21,017 nucleotides of DNA, taken from Octopus sinensis. Its lineage: Eukaryota. Position 1 is the first letter of the stretch. Each line of letters begins with the position of its first letter. The translations under genes and the position numbers were made by a program. The stretch is taken from positions 1 to 21,017 of the forward strand of contig NW_021823854.1 of the NCBI RefSeq assembly GCF_006345805.1, in the 5' to 3' direction. This document shows positions 19,091 through 21,017 of this stretch, in pieces. Under the pieces are notes generated by a model, which was not told where the DNA came from, did no database searches, and worked only from the letters and a program-made list of their open reading frames with translations.

Positions 19091-19304
19091 CTTTCTGTGC
19101 ATGTATATGTTTACTCTTGTGCATTTTCTTCCACTTGGGATAATTGACTGGAGACTGTGTTGAATCTCAGCTATCCTACCAACTTACTTTCAAATATCGG
19201 ATTTTCCATTCCAAGTAAATACAACAACGTTGCAAACGTTTTGTATTTACAGTGAGACTGCGAGATGGAAGGTTGGAAACTAATGCTAATATTCTTTGCT
19301 CCTC

Positions 19305-19442
19305 CCGGCACAAGGCCCGGAATTTGGGGAGAGGCGGGGTCAGTCGATTAGATCGACCCCAGTACGCAACTGGTAATTAATTTATAGACCCCGAAAAGAT
19401 GAAAGGTAAAGTCGACATCGGCGGAATTTGAACTCAGAACGT
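19305..19442 (-). mobile_element. SINE family A, 5'-truncated, tail type 2
   Basis: Reverse complement of B box (GGAATTTGAACTCAGAAC), body (AAAGTCGAC, ACTGGTA, TCGACCCCAG) and tail (GGCACAAGGCCCGGAATTTGGGG). Confidence 0.87.
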
Positions 19443-19515
19443 GAGGGAAATGAGGAGCCTAAAAATATATTTATGGATTTTGATTAACAACCCATTATGC
19501 TCATAAAGCACATAA

Positions 19516-19675
19516 GTGGCTGTGTGGTAACGAACCTGCTTCACAATATCATGGTTCTAGGTTCAGTCCCACTGCGTGGCACCTTGGGCAAGTATCTTCT
19601 ACTCTAGCCTCCATCCAACGAAAAGCTTCTAAGTGAATTTGGAAGACGAAAACTGAAAGACGACCGTCTTATGCA
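19516..19675 (+). mobile_element. SINE family B 5' half
   Basis: GTGGCTGTGTGGTAA..GGTTCAGTCCCACTGCGTGGCACCTTGGGCAAGTATCTTCTAC..AACTGAAAGA then (CA)(TA)n. Confidence 0.88.
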
Positions 19676-19689
19676 CACACACACACATG

Positions 19690-19717
<28 letters not shown>

Positions 19718-19720
<3 letters not shown>

Positions 19721-20601
19721 GGTGCGATGGGTAAATTGTTGCCATTTTATATTTTTAATTTTGCGCAAGCGCATGTTTGAGTTTGATTTTGTCAACTACA
19801 CAGTATAGAAGGTTCAGTTGGGCACCGTCTATGAGAAAAACAGCACCATGACGCAATTCCCTCAGCCAGAAATTTGGATACGACATGCTGTACTGCTTGG
19901 CATTCGCGCCAGAAGTTCCATTATGAGCATTTCAAAGTGTTTGGGTGTCAATTTGAGGACTGTGCAATCTGAGGACTTGTTCCAAGAGTGACAAAAAACC
20001 AAACGTCCAGTCAACATCATGGTGTTTGAAGTGATCGCTAGTGATAGCGACGTTATGCCGCCAGTCATCTTCCCACACAGCCTCAAACTCAGCACGGAGG
20101 CCTACATCAAGTGCCTGGTGGAGGTAGCGCTGCCCTGGGTCAAGAGGGTGGCTGCTGGAAGACCCTATGTCTAGCAACAGGAATCTGCACCATGTCACAC
20201 AAGCAGGAGAACCCAGTCATGGCTGTCAGACAATTTCTGCAACCACATCACCCCTAACATCTGGGTACCTAACTCCCCAGACTGCAGCTCCCTTGATTAT
20301 TGAGTGTGGAACGCGGTTGAGCGAAGGACCAACAGAAATCCTTGTAACACCAAAAGTTGAACTGAAGGCAAGGATTATGGCAGCATTCACCAGCTTAAAC
20401 AAGGAGACCGACCAGAAGAGTTGCAGGAATTTCCAAAATCGTCTGGAGGCTGTGTTGGAAGCCGATGGCGATTTGAATAAATTTGCTCTTTAGTATTTCA
20501 AGATATTTTTATGTAATTTTGGTAAATATCTGTTAAAATGAGATGTGAGTGTTATTTTCATTTTTGTGTAATTTAGACGACAATTTATTCACTGAACCCC
20601 G
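19718..20601 (+). mobile_element. Tc1/mariner DD37D (maT) element, internally deleted, 884 bp
   Basis: Degenerate TIRs CATGGTGCGATGGGTAAATTGTTGCC (19718-19743) and GACGACAATTTATTCACTGAACCCCG (20576-20601) followed by TA; transposase remnant inside. Confidence 0.85.
19848..20493 (+). pseudogene. Transposase remnant (DD37D)
   Basis: MTQFPQPEIWIRHAVLLGIRA..LGVNLRTVQ fused to ..KRPVNIMVF..MPP-IF..YV*QQESAPCH..W..W-PNSPDCSSLDY*VW..LKARI..CRNFQNRLEAV; 37 residues between catalytic positions 20181 (D>E) and 20295; stops at 19989, 20172, 20301; frameshift about 20352. Confidence 0.88.
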
Positions 20602-20607
20602 TAAAAA

Positions 20608-20626
20608 ATGTGTGTATGTGTGTGTG

Positions 20627-20704
<78 letters not shown>
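20608..20704. repeat. (TG)n microsatellite
   Basis: Near-perfect TG run. Confidence 0.98.
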
Positions 20705-20707
20705 TGT

Positions 20708-20998
20708 GGTACTTATTCTATCGGTTTCTTTTACCGAATCGCTAAGTTACAGAGAACAACACCAGCTGTCTAGTAGTGATGGGACAAACGCAGACAGAAT
20801 GACACATACATATATGTGTGTGTATATATATATATGTGTGTGTGTGTGTGAGTATGTATGTATATGTATGTGTGTGTGCATGTGTGTGAGTGTATGTATA
20901 TGACATAGTTTTCTACCAAATTCACTCACAACATATTGGTCGTGCCGGGGCTGTAATACAAGTTGGTCGCTCAAGTTACTGCGTTGTGGGATTGATTT
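20708..20998 (-). mobile_element. Degenerate SINE family B with internal microsatellite
   Basis: Tail part GTACTTATTCTATCGGT..ACCGAATCGCTAAGTTAC (20710-20790), (TA/TG)n, then core/head CTACCAAATTCACTCACAA..TTGGTCG..GTGGGATTGA (20905-20996). Confidence 0.75.
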
Positions 20999-21017
20999 AC
21001 ATACATGTAATATATAT

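Overview
Eukaryotic, repeat-dominated genomic DNA, most likely octopod cephalopod (inferred from the extreme microsatellite density and two tRNA-derived SINE families I recall from Octopus; not database-checked). Almost all ORFs in the supplied track are artefacts of (CA/TG), (TA), (TATG), (TCTA/TCTG) and triplet repeats. Supported content: (1) a 3.7-kb 5'-truncated CR1/L2-group LINE on the minus strand (5047-8784) with an APE-endonuclease + RT ORF2 broken by eight net -1 frameshifts and one stop, and an overlapping ORF1 carrying a CCCH zinc finger; (2) a decayed RTE-type LINE 3' fragment (1783-2620), split by a SINE with a 17-bp TSD and not evident from the ORF track; (3) about 15 copies or fragments of two SINE families (called A and B here), one A nested in a B with a 16-bp TSD; (4) an internally deleted DD37D (maT) Tc1/mariner element (19718-20601) and a small mariner-like MITE; (5) one good and several weak plus-strand exon candidates, suggesting the window is intronic to an unidentified host gene. 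The best observations are a 3' stem-loop shared by the LINE and SINE family B (a candidate LINE-SINE partner pair), the homopolymer-biased frameshift pattern suggesting the LINE is younger than it looks, and the hidden 165-nt exon at 13680-13844. I found no CRISPR array, rRNA or true tRNA gene, and nothing I can defend as a wholly new system.
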